A stretch of 64,000 bases of DNA from an uncultured delta proteobacterium (GTDB lineage: Bacteria; Desulfobacterota; Desulfobaccia; Desulfobaccales; 0-14-0-80-60-11): positions 29,938 to 93,937 of the forward strand of contig CAWIDL010000021.1 in assembly GCA_963834795.1 (NCBI GenBank), in the 5' to 3' direction. Made by a program: the position numbers and the translations under genes. The notes beneath the pieces are model-generated. The model was not told the origin of the DNA. It was given only the letters and a program-made list of their open reading frames with translations, and did no database searches. This document shows, piece after piece, positions 29,289-41,458 of this stretch (position 1 is the first letter of the stretch; each line of letters begins with the position of its first letter).

Positions 29289-31766
29289 ATGCCAGAGCAA
29301 GCGGCCGTGGAGGCGGCGGCCCAGGGTCCGCAGAAGTCCCGGGAGGATGAGCACCGGCGGGAATTCTATCTTATCAACACCATAGCCACCATCAGCGCCC
29401 ATAGCCTGGACTTGCAGGAGATCATGGACAAGGTCCTGGCCGCGGTCCTCGATTTCTTTCAGATCGACGCCGGGCTCCTGCTCCTGTGGAGCCGCAAGCG
29501 GCAACTCCTCAGCTATGCGGCCTCCCGGGGTTTCCCCGGCGAATACCTGGTGAATATCGCCCGGAACGGCCTGGAGGCGGTGGTGGGCTCCAACATCTCC
29601 CAGGCCGGCCAGCCCCTGATCATCGAGGACGTGCGCCAAGACCCGCGGCTGCATACCTCCTCCTTTACCGAGCTGATCCGGCAGGATCCCCGTTTCCGGT
29701 CCCTGGCGAGCATCCCCTTGAAGTATCGCGAGGAGGTCACCGGCTTCCTCAACCTGGCGGCGGAGTCTGTCAGGCCCTTCCGCAGTTCCCGGCGCAAACG
29801 CTACTTCCTCAGTACCCTGGGCAACCAGATCGGCCTGGCCATCGAAAACGCCCGCCTGTATCATGAGCTGCGGCGCTCCGAGCACCTTTACCGGCGCATC
29901 TTCGAAGGCTCCAAGGACATGATCTTCGTCACCGACCGGGAAGGCCGCCTGTTGGACCTCAATCCCGCCGGGGTGGAACTCCTGAAATTCCCCTCCAAGG
30001 GCGAGGCCCTGGACCTCTCCCACGTCCGGGAGATCTTTCACAACCCCCGGGATTGGGAACGCTTTCAGCTCCAGGTGGAGGTGAAGGGCTATATCCGGGA
30101 TATGGAGTTGACCCTCAGCACCCAGGGCGGCAGGGTGGTGCACACCCTGCTTACCGGCATCGTGCGCCGGGATCAGGATGGGCGGATCACCGGCTATGAG
30201 GGGATTTTTAAAGATATCACCCAACGCAAACGGGGGGAATGGGAAATCCTGCGGGAGAAGAAGACTACCGAAGGCATCCTGGAGGGCATGCCGGTGCCCA
30301 CCTTCGTCATTGATCGGAGCCACCGCATCATTTACTGGAACCGGGCCTGCGAAGAGCTGACCGGCTTTTCCCGCCGCGAGATGGTGGGCAGCTACCGCTA
30401 CTGGCTGCCCTTTTACACCCATGAACGCCCCAGCATGGCCTCTCTGGTGGTGGAGCAAAACATCAAGGCCCTGGAGAAGTTCTTCGGGGACAAGAACCTG
30501 AAACCGTCCCCCAACCTGCCGGGGGCCTATGAGGCTTATGAGTATTTCCCCAATTTCCGGGGCCGGGAGCGTTACCTGTACCACACCGCCTCGCCCATCT
30601 ATGACGAGGAAGGTCGCATCCAGGGGGCGGTGCAGGCCATCCTGGACATGACCGAACGGGAGCAATTATCCCGGGAGTTGAAGGATTCGGAGGAAAAATT
30701 CCGGCGCCTGGTGGAGACTTCCCTGGACGGTATCGCCCTGCACCGGGACATGAAGCTGCTCTATGTCAACCTGGCCTGCCTGGAGATGTTCGACTACCAG
30801 GAGCCCTCCCAGATGCTGGGGCGCTCCCTGCTGGAGTTTGTGGATCTCAGCTACCGCCAGGCGGTGTCCCGCTGGCTGGGGCAGATGGAGCGGGGGACGC
30901 CTCGCCCCCGCATCTTTGAGATGAAGGCCTTGAAGGGCGACGGCCGCAATTTCGACCTGGAGGGGGTTTCTTTTCCCACCACTTATGAAGGCTTGCCCGC
31001 CATCCAGACCCATATCCGGGATATCACCCACAAAAAGCACCTGGAGGAGCACCTGAGCCGCACTGAGAAGCTGGCGGCTCTGGGCCAACTGGCCGCCGGG
31101 GTGGCCCACGAAATCAATAATCCCTTGGGGGGCATCCTGGTTTACGCCTACCTCTTGCTGGAGGACCTGGAACCGGGGAAGCCGGAGCGGGACCAGGTGG
31201 AGAAGATCGTCCGGGAGGCCACCCGCTGCAAGGAGATCATCCAGGGGCTGCTGGAGTTCTCCCGGCACATGCCCTCCAAGATGACCCCACTGAACCTCAA
31301 CACCGTCCTGGAGGAAGTCTTTTCCCTGGTAGCCGATCATCTGCTGTTCCAAAACATCAACCTGGTGCAGAGATTCGACCCGCAACTGCCTCTGGTCCTG
31401 GGAGACAAGAACAAGCTGGAACAGGTTTTCATCAATCTCCTGATGAACAGCGGCGAGTCCATGAAGGGAGAAGGACGGCTGCTGGTCAACACCGCACTGA
31501 CCCGGGAAGAGGGGACGGTGCGCCTCAGCTTTGAGGACAACGGCCCCGGCATCCCGGCCAACTATCTCAGCCGGCTTTTCGATCCCTTCTTCACCACCAA
31601 GGAGGTAGGCCAGGGAGTGGGCCTGGGGCTGTCCATCAGCTACGGCATCATTCAGAAACACCTGGGCCGGATTTACGTGGAACGCACCGGCCCGGCCGGC
31701 ACCACCTTCGTCATCGAACTGCCGGTCTACCAGGGTGGCCAGGAAATCAGGGGCGCCAAGACTTAA
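29289..31766 (+). CDS. Cytoplasmic GAF-PAS-PAS-PAS sensor histidine kinase
   Basis: GAF (AIENARLY), three PAS/PAC units, H-box AHEINNPL, DNGPG, FDPFFTTK, GLGLS; start set at the ATG after AGGAG. Confidence 0.93.
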   Translation: MPEQAAVEAAAQGPQKSREDEHRREFYLINTIATISAHSLDLQEIMDKVLAAVLDFFQIDAGLLLLWSRKRQLLSYAASRGFPGEYLVNIARNGLEAVVGSNISQAGQPLIIEDVRQDPRLHTSSFTELIRQDPRFRSLASIPLKYREEVTGFLNLAAESVRPFRSSRRKRYFLSTLGNQIGLAIENARLYHELRRSEHLYRRIFEGSKDMIFVTDREGRLLDLNPAGVELLKFPSKGEALDLSHVREIFHNPRDWERFQLQVEVKGYIRDMELTLSTQGGRVVHTLLTGIVRRDQDGRITGYEGIFKDITQRKRGEWEILREKKTTEGILEGMPVPTFVIDRSHRIIYWNRACEELTGFSRREMVGSYRYWLPFYTHERPSMASLVVEQNIKALEKFFGDKNLKPSPNLPGAYEAYEYFPNFRGRERYLYHTASPIYDEEGRIQGAVQAILDMTEREQLSRELKDSEEKFRRLVETSLDGIALHRDMKLLYVNLACLEMFDYQEPSQMLGRSLLEFVDLSYRQAVSRWLGQMERGTPRPRIFEMKALKGDGRNFDLEGVSFPTTYEGLPAIQTHIRDITHKKHLEEHLSRTEKLAALGQLAAGVAHEINNPLGGILVYAYLLLEDLEPGKPERDQVEKIVREATRCKEIIQGLLEFSRHMPSKMTPLNLNTVLEEVFSLVADHLLFQNINLVQRFDPQLPLVLGDKNKLEQVFINLLMNSGESMKGEGRLLVNTALTREEGTVRLSFEDNGPGIPANYLSRLFDPFFTTKEVGQGVGLGLSISYGIIQKHLGRIYVERTGPAGTTFVIELPVYQGGQEIRGAKT

Positions 31767-31982
31767 GGAAATAATGCACAAGTTTCCGGCCCGGCCCCGG
31801 TCCCGGAAGCCCCTCCAGTAATCACCCATAAAGATAACTATCAAATATTTCTATTCTTTTGGCTAGTGATTTTTCTTCCAGCCGGGCCCCAAAAATCAAT
31901 TGACTAACTTTCAGTGGTATGATACGAAGGCACATGTGAAAAGAATCATTTTCTCCCGCCTGGACTCCGGGGAAGGGCGCCT

Positions 31983-32204
31983 TTGAAGGAAGATACCAAA
32001 AAGTTTTTAAAAGAACTGTTTCAAGGGGGTTACCGGGCCAGCACCATCGGCCTGGTCCTGGTCATCTCCATCCTTATCGGCGGTGTCGTCGGTTACTGGC
32101 TGTCCAAGGTCTTTAACAGCAGTATTTTTTTCATCCTCGGGCTCATCGTGGGGATTATCGCCGGCTTCCGGCAAGTCTACCTCCTGGGGCAAAAATATAA
32201 ATAA
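31983..32204 (+). CDS. atpZ: ATP synthase accessory protein AtpZ/gene 1 family
   Basis: Two TM helices, G...GYWL, G..AGF; first gene of the atp Fo cluster. Confidence 0.8.
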   Translation: MKEDTKKFLKELFQGGYRASTIGLVLVISILIGGVVGYWLSKVFNSSIFFILGLIVGIIAGFRQVYLLGQKYK

Positions 32205-32210
32205 GTTCCC

Positions 32211-32642
32211 ATGGAGATCCTGACCCCGCGACGGCTGAAGATAGCCAACTGGCTGGTCTTGGCCGTGCTGGTAGTGGCCGGCTTCATCTGGCAGGGGCAA
32301 GAGTTCGCCCTGGGGATCCTGGCGGGCGGCCTGGTGGCGGTTATCAACTTCCACCTGCTGCATCAGGCGCTGATAGGCATGCTGGAAAGGGCGGCGGCCG
32401 GCAGCCCCGAAGAGGCCAAGGGGCGGGCCCGGGCCTTTTTTGCGGCCCGGCAGTTGTTGCGCTTCTTCGCCCTGTTGCTGGTTATCTATTTGTTGGTCAG
32501 TCACGGCTGGGTGAACATCTTCGGTCTGGTGCTGGGCCTGTCCACCGTGGTCTTGACCCTGATCCTGGCCGCCATCATCGAGGTGTTTAAGCTTAAGAAG
32601 GAGGCAAACAGGTCCCATGGAACATCCGATTCTCTTTCTTGA
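32211..32642 (+). CDS. atpI: ATP synthase subunit I
   Basis: Four TM helices, G...G.L....NF, GLS; lies between atpZ and atpB. Confidence 0.85.
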   Translation: MEILTPRRLKIANWLVLAVLVVAGFIWQGQEFALGILAGGLVAVINFHLLHQALIGMLERAAAGSPEEAKGRARAFFAARQLLRFFALLLVIYLLVSHGWVNIFGLVLGLSTVVLTLILAAIIEVFKLKKEANRSHGTSDSLS

Positions 32643-33294
32643 TCTATTCTTTGAGAAGTTCGGCTTACATATTCCCCCGCATGTCAGTTATGCCGTGTTG
32701 GCCGCGCTTATCCTGCTGGGATTGGGCTGGCTGGCCGGCCGCCGGATAAGCCTGGTGCCCAAGGGCGCCCAGAACGTCTTTGAGCTGGTGGTGAGCGGCC
32801 TGGAAGAATTCATGGTGGACGTCACCGGTGAAGAGGGCCGGGCCTTCTTCCCGTTCATCGCCTCCTTCTTCCTGTTCATCATGCTCTGCAACCTCATCGG
32901 CCTGATCCCGGGGTTCTATTCTCCCACGGCGAATGTCAATACCACCCTGGCCCTGGCCCTGTGCACCTTCATCTATACCCATTACCTGGGGGTCAAGTAT
33001 CACGGGGCCAAATACATCAAGCACTTTTTGGGGCCTATTCCGGCCCTGGCGCCGTTGTTTTTCATCATCGAGATCGTCGGCCATTTCGCCCGGGTGCTGT
33101 CCCTGACTTTGCGTCTCTTCGGCAATATCATGGGAGAGGACCTGGTGCTGACCATCTTGCTGTTCCTGGCCGGCATGTTCCTGGCCCCATTGCCCATGAT
33201 GTTCCTGGCGGTCTTCACCAGCGTGGTGCAAGCCTTCGTCTTCACCCTGCTGTCCATGATGTACTTCGCCGGGGCCATGGAGCACGCCCATTAA
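32617..33294 (+). CDS. atpB: ATP synthase Fo subunit a
   Basis: P...QN..E, N..GLIPG..SPTAN, SLTLRLFGNI, QAFVF..L..MY. Confidence 0.96.
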   Translation: MEHPILFLDLFFEKFGLHIPPHVSYAVLAALILLGLGWLAGRRISLVPKGAQNVFELVVSGLEEFMVDVTGEEGRAFFPFIASFFLFIMLCNLIGLIPGFYSPTANVNTTLALALCTFIYTHYLGVKYHGAKYIKHFLGPIPALAPLFFIIEIVGHFARVLSLTLRLFGNIMGEDLVLTILLFLAGMFLAPLPMMFLAVFTSVVQAFVFTLLSMMYFAGAMEHAH

Positions 33295-33490
33295 GGCGGT
33301 TTTCGGTTTTCGGTTTTCGGTTGAAAGAAGGTGTAGTGAAAGGGGCTGGCTATCATTCTCATAAGGCAGCCTCAGGCCCTAATAAAAAAAACCAAAAACC
33401 GGCATCAGCGCCGGCTGCAAGCCGGTACCACTAAAATCTGGAAGAAGGCCAATCTTCATATATCCAACATCTTTGAGGAGGTTTTAGTCA

Positions 33491-33865
33491 ATGAGAAAAT
33501 CCCTGGTAGTTGGCTTGAGCATGCTGGTCACCTTGCTGTGGGCCTCTCTGGCCATGGCGGCTGAAGCCGGCGGCGCCTCGGCCCCCGGTTTGGGCACCTT
33601 TTTCAGCTATGCGGTGTTGGCCGCCGGCTTCGGCATCGGCATCGCCGCCTTCGGTACCGGCATCGGGCAGGGCCTGGCAGTGAAGAGCTCGGTGGAAGGC
33701 ATTGCCCGCAACCCCGAGGCTTCCGGGAAAATCACCGTGACCATGCTCATCGGTCTGGCCATGATCGAATCCCTTTGTATTTACGCCCTGGTGGTGGCCC
33801 TGATCATTCTGTACGCCTACCCCATGGCCAAACCCATCGCCGCGGCCTTGGGAATGCATCTCTAA
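33491..33865 (+). CDS. atpE: ATP synthase Fo subunit c with N-terminal signal-like extension
   Basis: GxGxGxG repeats, [15 protein letters not shown]. Confidence 0.96.
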   Translation: MRKSLVVGLSMLVTLLWASLAMAAEAGGASAPGLGTFFSYAVLAAGFGIGIAAFGTGIGQGLAVKSSVEGIARNPEASGKITVTMLIGLAMIESLCIYALVVALIILYAYPMAKPIAAALGMHL

Positions 33866-33975
33866 TCTTTTTTGCCATCAGGGGGGCCTGCGGCCCCCCC
33901 TTTATTTACCTCGACTATTGTCCCTTTATACACAAGTGCGGTAGGACCGAACCACCAAGGATAATGCGCGCGGCC

Positions 33976-34611
33976 ATGAAATTTTCCAAGATTCCCACAG
34001 CGACCATCACCCGCCTATCTATCTATTCCAGGTACCTTGAAGCCTTGTCTCAGGAGGGGGTGAAGATTATCGCCTCGGACAAGCTGGCCCAAAAATGCGG
34101 CATCAATCCGGCTCAGATCCGCAAAGACCTGGCTTACTTCGGGGAGTTTGGCATCCGCGGAGTGGGTTATTTTGTCAGGGAGTTGCTCTTCGAAATTAAG
34201 CGCATCCTGGGCCTGAATAAGACCTGGAAGATGGCCCTGTTGGGCATCGGCAACCTGGGCTCCGCCCTGTTGGCCCATCAAAACTTCATCCGCCAGGGTT
34301 ACGAATTCGTGGCGGTCTTTGACGTGGACCCGGCCAAGGTGGGCCGCCGGGTGCCCAGCGGCCAGATCATCCATCACATGGACGACCTGGAGACGGTGAT
34401 CAGGGAAAAAGGGGTGGAGATCGGGGTGCTGGCCACCCCCGCGGCCAAGGCGCAAATGGCGGCCCTGCCGCTCATCGCCGCGGGCGTCAAGGCCATCCTC
34501 AATTTCGCCCCCATCCAGTTGCAGCTGCCGGAAGGCATGGCGGTGGAAAACGTCGACTTCACCGTCAAGCTGGATAATCTCGCCTATAATCTGACGATGT
34601 CGGAAGGGTAG
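33976..34611 (+). CDS. rex: Redox-sensing transcriptional repressor Rex
   Basis: IP.ATI.RLS.Y.R.L, QIRKDLAYFGEFG.RGVGY, G.GNLGSAL, ILNFAP. Confidence 0.96.
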   Translation: MKFSKIPTATITRLSIYSRYLEALSQEGVKIIASDKLAQKCGINPAQIRKDLAYFGEFGIRGVGYFVRELLFEIKRILGLNKTWKMALLGIGNLGSALLAHQNFIRQGYEFVAVFDVDPAKVGRRVPSGQIIHHMDDLETVIREKGVEIGVLATPAAKAQMAALPLIAAGVKAILNFAPIQLQLPEGMAVENVDFTVKLDNLAYNLTMSEG

Positions 34612-35083
34612 TTGTAGGGGCGACCCGCTGGGTCGCCCAGTTTCGAGTTTCGAGTTTTCTGTTTGCCGGTTTTGATCAAATTGGGACGGGTTTGGTGATC
34701 CAAGCCTGTTTTCCACTTTTCTCTCGTTTCCAAGCTCCAGCTTGGGAACGCACCCTTGGTGCCAAGCTCCGCTTGGCGAGAGCCAGTTTGCCCTAAGGAT
34801 TGCGGCTTCTGAGCAAAGCAGGAGCTTTGCATTAAAATGGGTTCCCAAGCAGGAGCTTGGGAACCAGAAAAGATGAAGAACAGCCGCCCTCGGCTGTTTT
34901 TTTTTGTGGTTTTGAGGGATCAACAGGACAGCCCCCGGGCGGCTGTCTTAGGCCGACTCAGGTTATGTGAAAAACGGCAGTCGTTCAAATGGATTTGGGG
35001 GTTGCTGGGGCATGGATGCTATGCCAGGACAGGCATGTTATGATTACCAAGTACTCCAAAATAGGCGCTATAAAGGGAAAACT

Positions 35084-36151
35084 ATGTCAAAAGTCATGAT
35101 CCATCCTGCTACCTATGAGAATGTCCGTCAAGCAGTGGACCGCGCTTTTGAACTTTTCCCCCTGGAAATCCGTGGGAAAAGTGTGTTGATCAATCCCAAT
35201 GTGCTGCGGATCTCGGAAGCCGGTGAAGGCATCGTCACCCATCCTGCGGTGCTGCGCGCCGTGGTGGAAAAGGTGGAAACCATGGGGCCCGCCGCCATTG
35301 TAGTCGGCGACAATCCTGGTCTGTTTAATTATGGAGCCAACGAGGAGAGCTTTCAAAAGACCGGCCTGATGGAAGCAGCTAAGGGTTATTACCAGAACAT
35401 CGGCAACAATTCCCTCCAGGTTGACTTCAATCCTGATTTCATGCCCACGGTGAGCCTGTCCCGGATTGTCCGTGATGCCGATATCATCATCAGTCTGCCG
35501 AAATTCAAAACCCATGGCCTGACGGTCATGACGGGGGCCATCAAAAACAGTTACGGTTTTTTGCCCGGCGCCCAAAAGGCCAAGCTTCACAAGGCGGCTG
35601 GCAACCCCGAACGCTTCCACGAGGTGATCGTCGAGGTGTTCCGGCTGCGGGTCCCCGACTTTTTTCTGGTGGACGCGGTAGTCGGTATGGAGGGAAATGG
35701 TCCGGCTTCCCCCGACTTGAGGGACATCGGTCTGATCCTGGCCTCTGACAATGCGGTGGCCCTGGATGCCGTCATGGCCACGATGATGGGTTGTGAACCG
35801 GGGCAGTTGCTATTCCTGCGAAAGGCCAGGGAAGCGGGCTTGGGGGACTACGACCTGAGTCACATTGAGATCATGGGGGAGTTGAAACAGCTGCCCGATT
35901 TCAAGCTGCCGCCGTTAAGCGGTGAAGCAGTGTTTCACAACGAGACCATCCAGGCGCTCATCCACGATCGTACGCTCCTGCGCCCCCAGGCTAATCCGGA
36001 TTGGTGCACCGGCTGTGGCACATGCATCGAGCAATGCCCGGTATCGGCTTTGTCCATGTGTGACAACCTGCCCCAGGTGGACCCCGATACCTGCATCACC
36101 TGCTTTTGCTGCCAGGAAATCTGTCCTGAGAAAGCCATTACCCTTAGTTAA
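35084..36151 (+). CDS. DUF362 domain protein with C-terminal 2x[4Fe-4S] ferredoxin
   Basis: THP, PKFKTH...TGAIKN, GMEGNGP, CTGCGTC..QCP and CITCFCCQEICP. Confidence 0.9.
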   Translation: MSKVMIHPATYENVRQAVDRAFELFPLEIRGKSVLINPNVLRISEAGEGIVTHPAVLRAVVEKVETMGPAAIVVGDNPGLFNYGANEESFQKTGLMEAAKGYYQNIGNNSLQVDFNPDFMPTVSLSRIVRDADIIISLPKFKTHGLTVMTGAIKNSYGFLPGAQKAKLHKAAGNPERFHEVIVEVFRLRVPDFFLVDAVVGMEGNGPASPDLRDIGLILASDNAVALDAVMATMMGCEPGQLLFLRKAREAGLGDYDLSHIEIMGELKQLPDFKLPPLSGEAVFHNETIQALIHDRTLLRPQANPDWCTGCGTCIEQCPVSALSMCDNLPQVDPDTCITCFCCQEICPEKAITLS

Positions 36152-36241
36152 TAAAACCATGGGACCTGGAGTGCCAAAGATTTTCTTGACAGCGGGAGGC
36201 TATTTCCTCATTAATCAAATTAAGAAACGGCGTTACCTATT

Positions 36242-36428
36242 ATGAAACAAAAACCCACCCCACCCAATGCAGTGCTGAAGGCCCTCAGCGTCCTTAAAGC
36301 CGCCGCCGGTCTTTCCCAAACCATGGCCTACCGCGCCGCCGAGCCAAAATCAGCCACCCGGGTTTAAGCGCAGGCCCGCGAATCAGCAACCGTTAAGCGA
36401 CATCAAGGTATTGGATCTCTCCCGCGTC
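36242..36428 (+). pseudogene. Deletion scar: IclR-like HTH fragment followed by CoA-transferase III N-terminal fragment
   Basis: 36242-36367 reads MKQK..NAVLKALSVLK..GLSQTMAYR; 36390-36428 reads PLSDIKVLDLSRV. Confidence 0.5.
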
Positions 36429-36525
36429 CGCCGTCTGCGTGCAGAGGAGAGGGGGAAATACCTGGAAAAAAATTTTCTAACTGGCTTGGTCTGCTATTCT
36501 GGGAGAGGGAACCCGGGGGGGCGTG

Positions 36526-38049
<1,524 letters not shown>

Positions 38050-38131
38050 CTTCCGGGAGCGCGGCCGCTGGGCCGCCAGTCCCCAATCGGCGCCGCCAAC
38101 TGCAGTGGCGGCGACTTACTCCCGGAGAACC

Positions 38132-38776
38132 TCAATAACCCAAATCCTCACCCACCAGTTTGACGTGAATCCGATTTTCCAACATATGGCCTTCGATAAT
38201 TAACCACATGTTGCAGATGCGCTGGGGGCTTTTACAATCCTGACACACCCCGGTTTCCCCGCATGGCGTCGGCATATGCAAACGCATGGCATTGAGGGGA
38301 GCGGCGTAATGTTTCACCCGGGCCATGGCGGTATCCAGATCGGGGGTCACCTTATTCATCCCCACCACCAGGATGACCTTCTTGGGCCCGAAGCACATGG
38401 CCGCCACCCGGTTGCCGGTGGCATCCAGGTTGACCAGTTGGCCGTCCAGGGTCAAGGCGTTGGAACTGGCGATCATATAGTCGGCGGTCAGTCCCTGCAG
38501 CCGTCGGGCCATGATCTCTTCCGGCGTCAGCCCCGGAATAAACGGATCAATCACCGTCACCCCGGGTTTTTGGGCCAGGGCCTCCCACAACCCCATTTCC
38601 ACCAGGGACATGGAGCCGCACCGGCTGACCGTGGCCCCCGCCGGAATCATATTGATGATCTCTTCCCGGGCCGCAGCCGCGGTGGGGGCATAGCTGGCCT
38701 CCATCCGCCGCTTGGTCAGGCGCTTGATCAAATGTTCCGCCAGCTTTTCCCGGTACTGGACCTGAGGAGCGTCCAT
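38132..38776 (-). CDS. LUD-domain (lactate utilisation/YkgG-like) protein
   Basis: NA.T.DG.LVNLD.TGNRVAA..FGP, G.NK, PC...G.C.DC.SP.RIC. Confidence 0.88.
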   Translation of the reverse strand: MDAPQVQYREKLAEHLIKRLTKRRMEASYAPTAAAAREEIINMIPAGATVSRCGSMSLVEMGLWEALAQKPGVTVIDPFIPGLTPEEIMARRLQGLTADYMIASSNALTLDGQLVNLDATGNRVAAMCFGPKKVILVVGMNKVTPDLDTAMARVKHYAAPLNAMRLHMPTPCGETGVCQDCKSPQRICNMWLIIEGHMLENRIHVKLVGEDLGY

Positions 38777-38840
38777 GATCTCCCTTTTCTGCCGCATCCA
38801 GGGCGGCTAAGGCGAGCCGGTAATCTTGCCAAACCCGCCA

Positions 38841-40046
38841 TCAGTCCGGCTGGTCGATGGGCTTGGTTTCCGGAATCATATAGATGTCGGCGCGGGTCAG
38901 GGCCAAACAGCCCAAGGCGGCGATGAAGGCCACCGCCCCCATGACAAAAAAGCCGCTGATAAACGTCCCGGTGACATCCACCAGGCGTCCGATAATGGGC
39001 GGAAATACCATGACCCCAATGGCTCCCCAGGTATTGACAAACCCCATGGCCACCCCGGGACAATCCGGACAGTTGTCCCGGGCGGCGTTAAAGATCCCGG
39101 CGAAGGGCAATCCTGCCATAATGCCGGTAAAGATAATGGCAAGCAGGGCCACGCCCATGGTGGACGACAACCCCATCCAAATGAATCCCAGCGCCAGCCC
39201 GGCACAGGAGGCCGCCAGCAGCTTTTTGGTCGTCATAAATTTGTGGCCCAGGATGAAACCGCCCAGCGGACGAGAGAAGATCCCCAGGAGCAAGACGATG
39301 GAGCCGATCATGCCGGCAACCTTGGGAGGCAGGTGGATGCTCTTGATCAACAGCGTATTAACCCAGACGCCGCAGGCAATGATCTCGCCAAAAGTGGCCA
39401 GCTGCGCCAGGGAGAGCAGCCAGATATTGCGACTGCCGAAAACGCTGGACCAGTCGATTTTAGGGGTGGTCACCGCCCGGGGCGTATCCGGGGCAAAGAG
39501 GTACCACAGGACTAACAGCACCCCCGCCATGCCGCCGGTGACCATGAAGATATTGTGCCAGCCCACCAGCGGCAGGAGTTGCGGGATGCCGTAAATCACA
39601 AACCCAGACCCTAAGAGGATCGACCCGCCGTAAACCCCCTGGGCCCGCTGGATTTCCTTGCCGAGAAAGAAGGTGGTGACGTAACGCGCCCCGGAGATAA
39701 AACAGGTGCCGGTACCGATGCCGATGATGAACTTCAATACCAGAATGGCATGATAGGAATTGGATAGCCCGATGATGACATTGCCGGCGGTGATGATCAG
39801 GAGCGCGACATTGATCAGTTTCTTGGACCCGAATTTATCTGCCAGCGCCCCTCCCGGGATCTGCAAGGCCCCATGGGTCAGGAAAATGGCGGTAGTCAGA
39901 AACCCCGCCATCGCGAAGGTGATCTCCAGCTGCTTGACCAGGGTGGGGATCAAGGGACCGTGGTTGGTATAGTTGGCCGAAAAGATAAAACCCAGGAGGG
40001 CGACGAACCACAGCGCTTTCCATCTTTGCGCCCATAATTCTTCCAT
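38841..40046 (-). CDS. MFS transporter
   Basis: About 12 TM helices, G.LADKFGSK motif A, G..SRPLGG; GAGGAG RBS before MEELW. Confidence 0.92.
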   Translation of the reverse strand: MEELWAQRWKALWFVALLGFIFSANYTNHGPLIPTLVKQLEITFAMAGFLTTAIFLTHGALQIPGGALADKFGSKKLINVALLIITAGNVIIGLSNSYHAILVLKFIIGIGTGTCFISGARYVTTFFLGKEIQRAQGVYGGSILLGSGFVIYGIPQLLPLVGWHNIFMVTGGMAGVLLVLWYLFAPDTPRAVTTPKIDWSSVFGSRNIWLLSLAQLATFGEIIACGVWVNTLLIKSIHLPPKVAGMIGSIVLLLGIFSRPLGGFILGHKFMTTKKLLAASCAGLALGFIWMGLSSTMGVALLAIIFTGIMAGLPFAGIFNAARDNCPDCPGVAMGFVNTWGAIGVMVFPPIIGRLVDVTGTFISGFFVMGAVAFIAALGCLALTRADIYMIPETKPIDQPD

Positions 40047-40729
40047 TTTTTCCTCTCCTCTTAGCAAAGAAGGGATTACCCGTTGCAGAAAATTTTCCCG
40101 GGACCCTGCCGGCCGGGACCATCATCTCTGGGAGACGCCCCCGGCGGTTATCGAACCCCGCCCCGGGGGACCATCAAAGCCCCACCCTTGATGGCAGGGT
40201 TTACCGGCCAGGGCGATGGCGGGACCGCCGTCGATCGCCTTTAGGTCCTGCTGTGGTTCAACTGGCTGAAAATATGACGAATTTTATTAGGCCGACGTCC
40301 TCACCTCCTCCTTGGGATATTGTGCCTGAAATACCCCGGACCACGGTGGCCGGGACTTCGACCCCAGGCCCGGGGCCTTCCCTGACAACGGGGTATAAAC
40401 CATCTGAGCCGCCCCTGGCCCCGGAGGCACCCCGGACGTCACGGGGGCGGCCGCCAGGATCACCGCGTTGGAAAGAATTGGAAAAATTTGTTTATTTTGT
40501 TTTGTTTATTTTGTTAGGGTCAGCAATTAATCCGGAAAATCGCCATAGCACCCCAATAAAAAACCCCCCATATCCGGCCCCGGTAAGGGACCGCCACAGG
40601 AGTATCCAATAAACCTTGACAAGAATCGGCAAAGGTTTTAACAAAAAACATGCGCGGTACCCAGCCCCGGCGGTGTTCCCAGCCATAATCTATAATTATG
40701 AATTATCTGTCAATGAAATTTTATTATCG

Positions 40730-41025
40730 GGAATTGGTGGAGGTGTTTAAGGCTAGGCCCCGGGGTTTCCCTCAAGCCCCGGTCTTCACTTACAAAGGGC
40801 GGTCCATGGCGGATATGAAGCGGAGCTTTGCCACCGCCTGCAAGCAGGCAAGGATTGAAGATTTCACCTTTCACGGTCTGCGACATACTGCCATAAATAC
40901 TGGCGGAGGCAAGGCACTACTTTAGGATCATGGCAGCAAGCGGCCATCGGACCTTGAGTGTCTTCCAGCGGTAAAATACCGTGAGCAAGGATGAGTTGAA
41001 GGCCCTGGCAGGAGGAAATCGGTAG
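40730..41025 (+). pseudogene. Tyrosine integrase C-terminal remnant
   Basis: F..ACKQA.I.DFTFHGLRHT, then a frameshift, IMAASGHRTLSVFQR*NT with TAA at the expected catalytic Tyr. Confidence 0.85.
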
Positions 41026-41089
41026 ACCTAGGCACCAATATGGACACCAAAGGAAAAAGGGATTGGCTCTATAAGGGCTAACCCCTTGT

Positions 41090-41125
41090 TTTTTCTGGCT
41101 CCCCTTCGTGGACTCATTTCGAACC
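41090..41125 (-). other. att-like duplication of the tRNA-Asn 3' end
   Basis: TTTTTCTGGCTCCCC identical to 42630-42644, continuing as an imperfect GGACTC..GAACC match. Confidence 0.8.
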
Positions 41126-41230
41126 GAATTGCTGACCCATTTCGAGGAAATATTTATACTTTTCGGTATGTTTCCCCAAGAAGGCCCTATTAATGTATAA
41201 TAGGATTGACTACTTGCACAGGAGGCGAAA

Positions 41231-41458
41231 ATGCATAATCTGACTCGCATAACCTTTAATCCCGAGGTCATGGGTGGTAAACCTTGCATACGTGGAATGC
41301 GGGTGACGGTGGGGACGATTGTGGGATTGGTCGCTTCCGGCAAAACGGTTGACGAAGTGCTTAAGGAATATCCTTATCTAGAACGGGAGGATGTGCTTCA
41401 AGCCTTGTCGTATGCCGCTTGGAGGGCGGAAGAAAGGGAAGTCCCGATAGCTTCGTAA
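41231..41458 (+). CDS. DUF433 antitoxin (VapB45-like)
   Basis: RIT.NPEVMGGKPCIRGMRVTV..I, YPYLE.EDV..AL.YAA. Confidence 0.93.
   Translation: MHNLTRITFNPEVMGGKPCIRGMRVTVGTIVGLVASGKTVDEVLKEYPYLEREDVLQALSYAAWRAEEREVPIAS

Noticed and set aside
31934-31951. Rex box upstream of the atp genes
   Set aside because: Left half ATGTGAA is good but the right half matches poorly
33491-33865. Na+-coupled c-ring
   Set aside because: Q, E, S and Y are present but ESL replaces EST; the ion cannot be called from sequence
40070-40690. Riboswitch in the long MFS leader
   Set aside because: Several hairpins but no known aptamer consensus recognised
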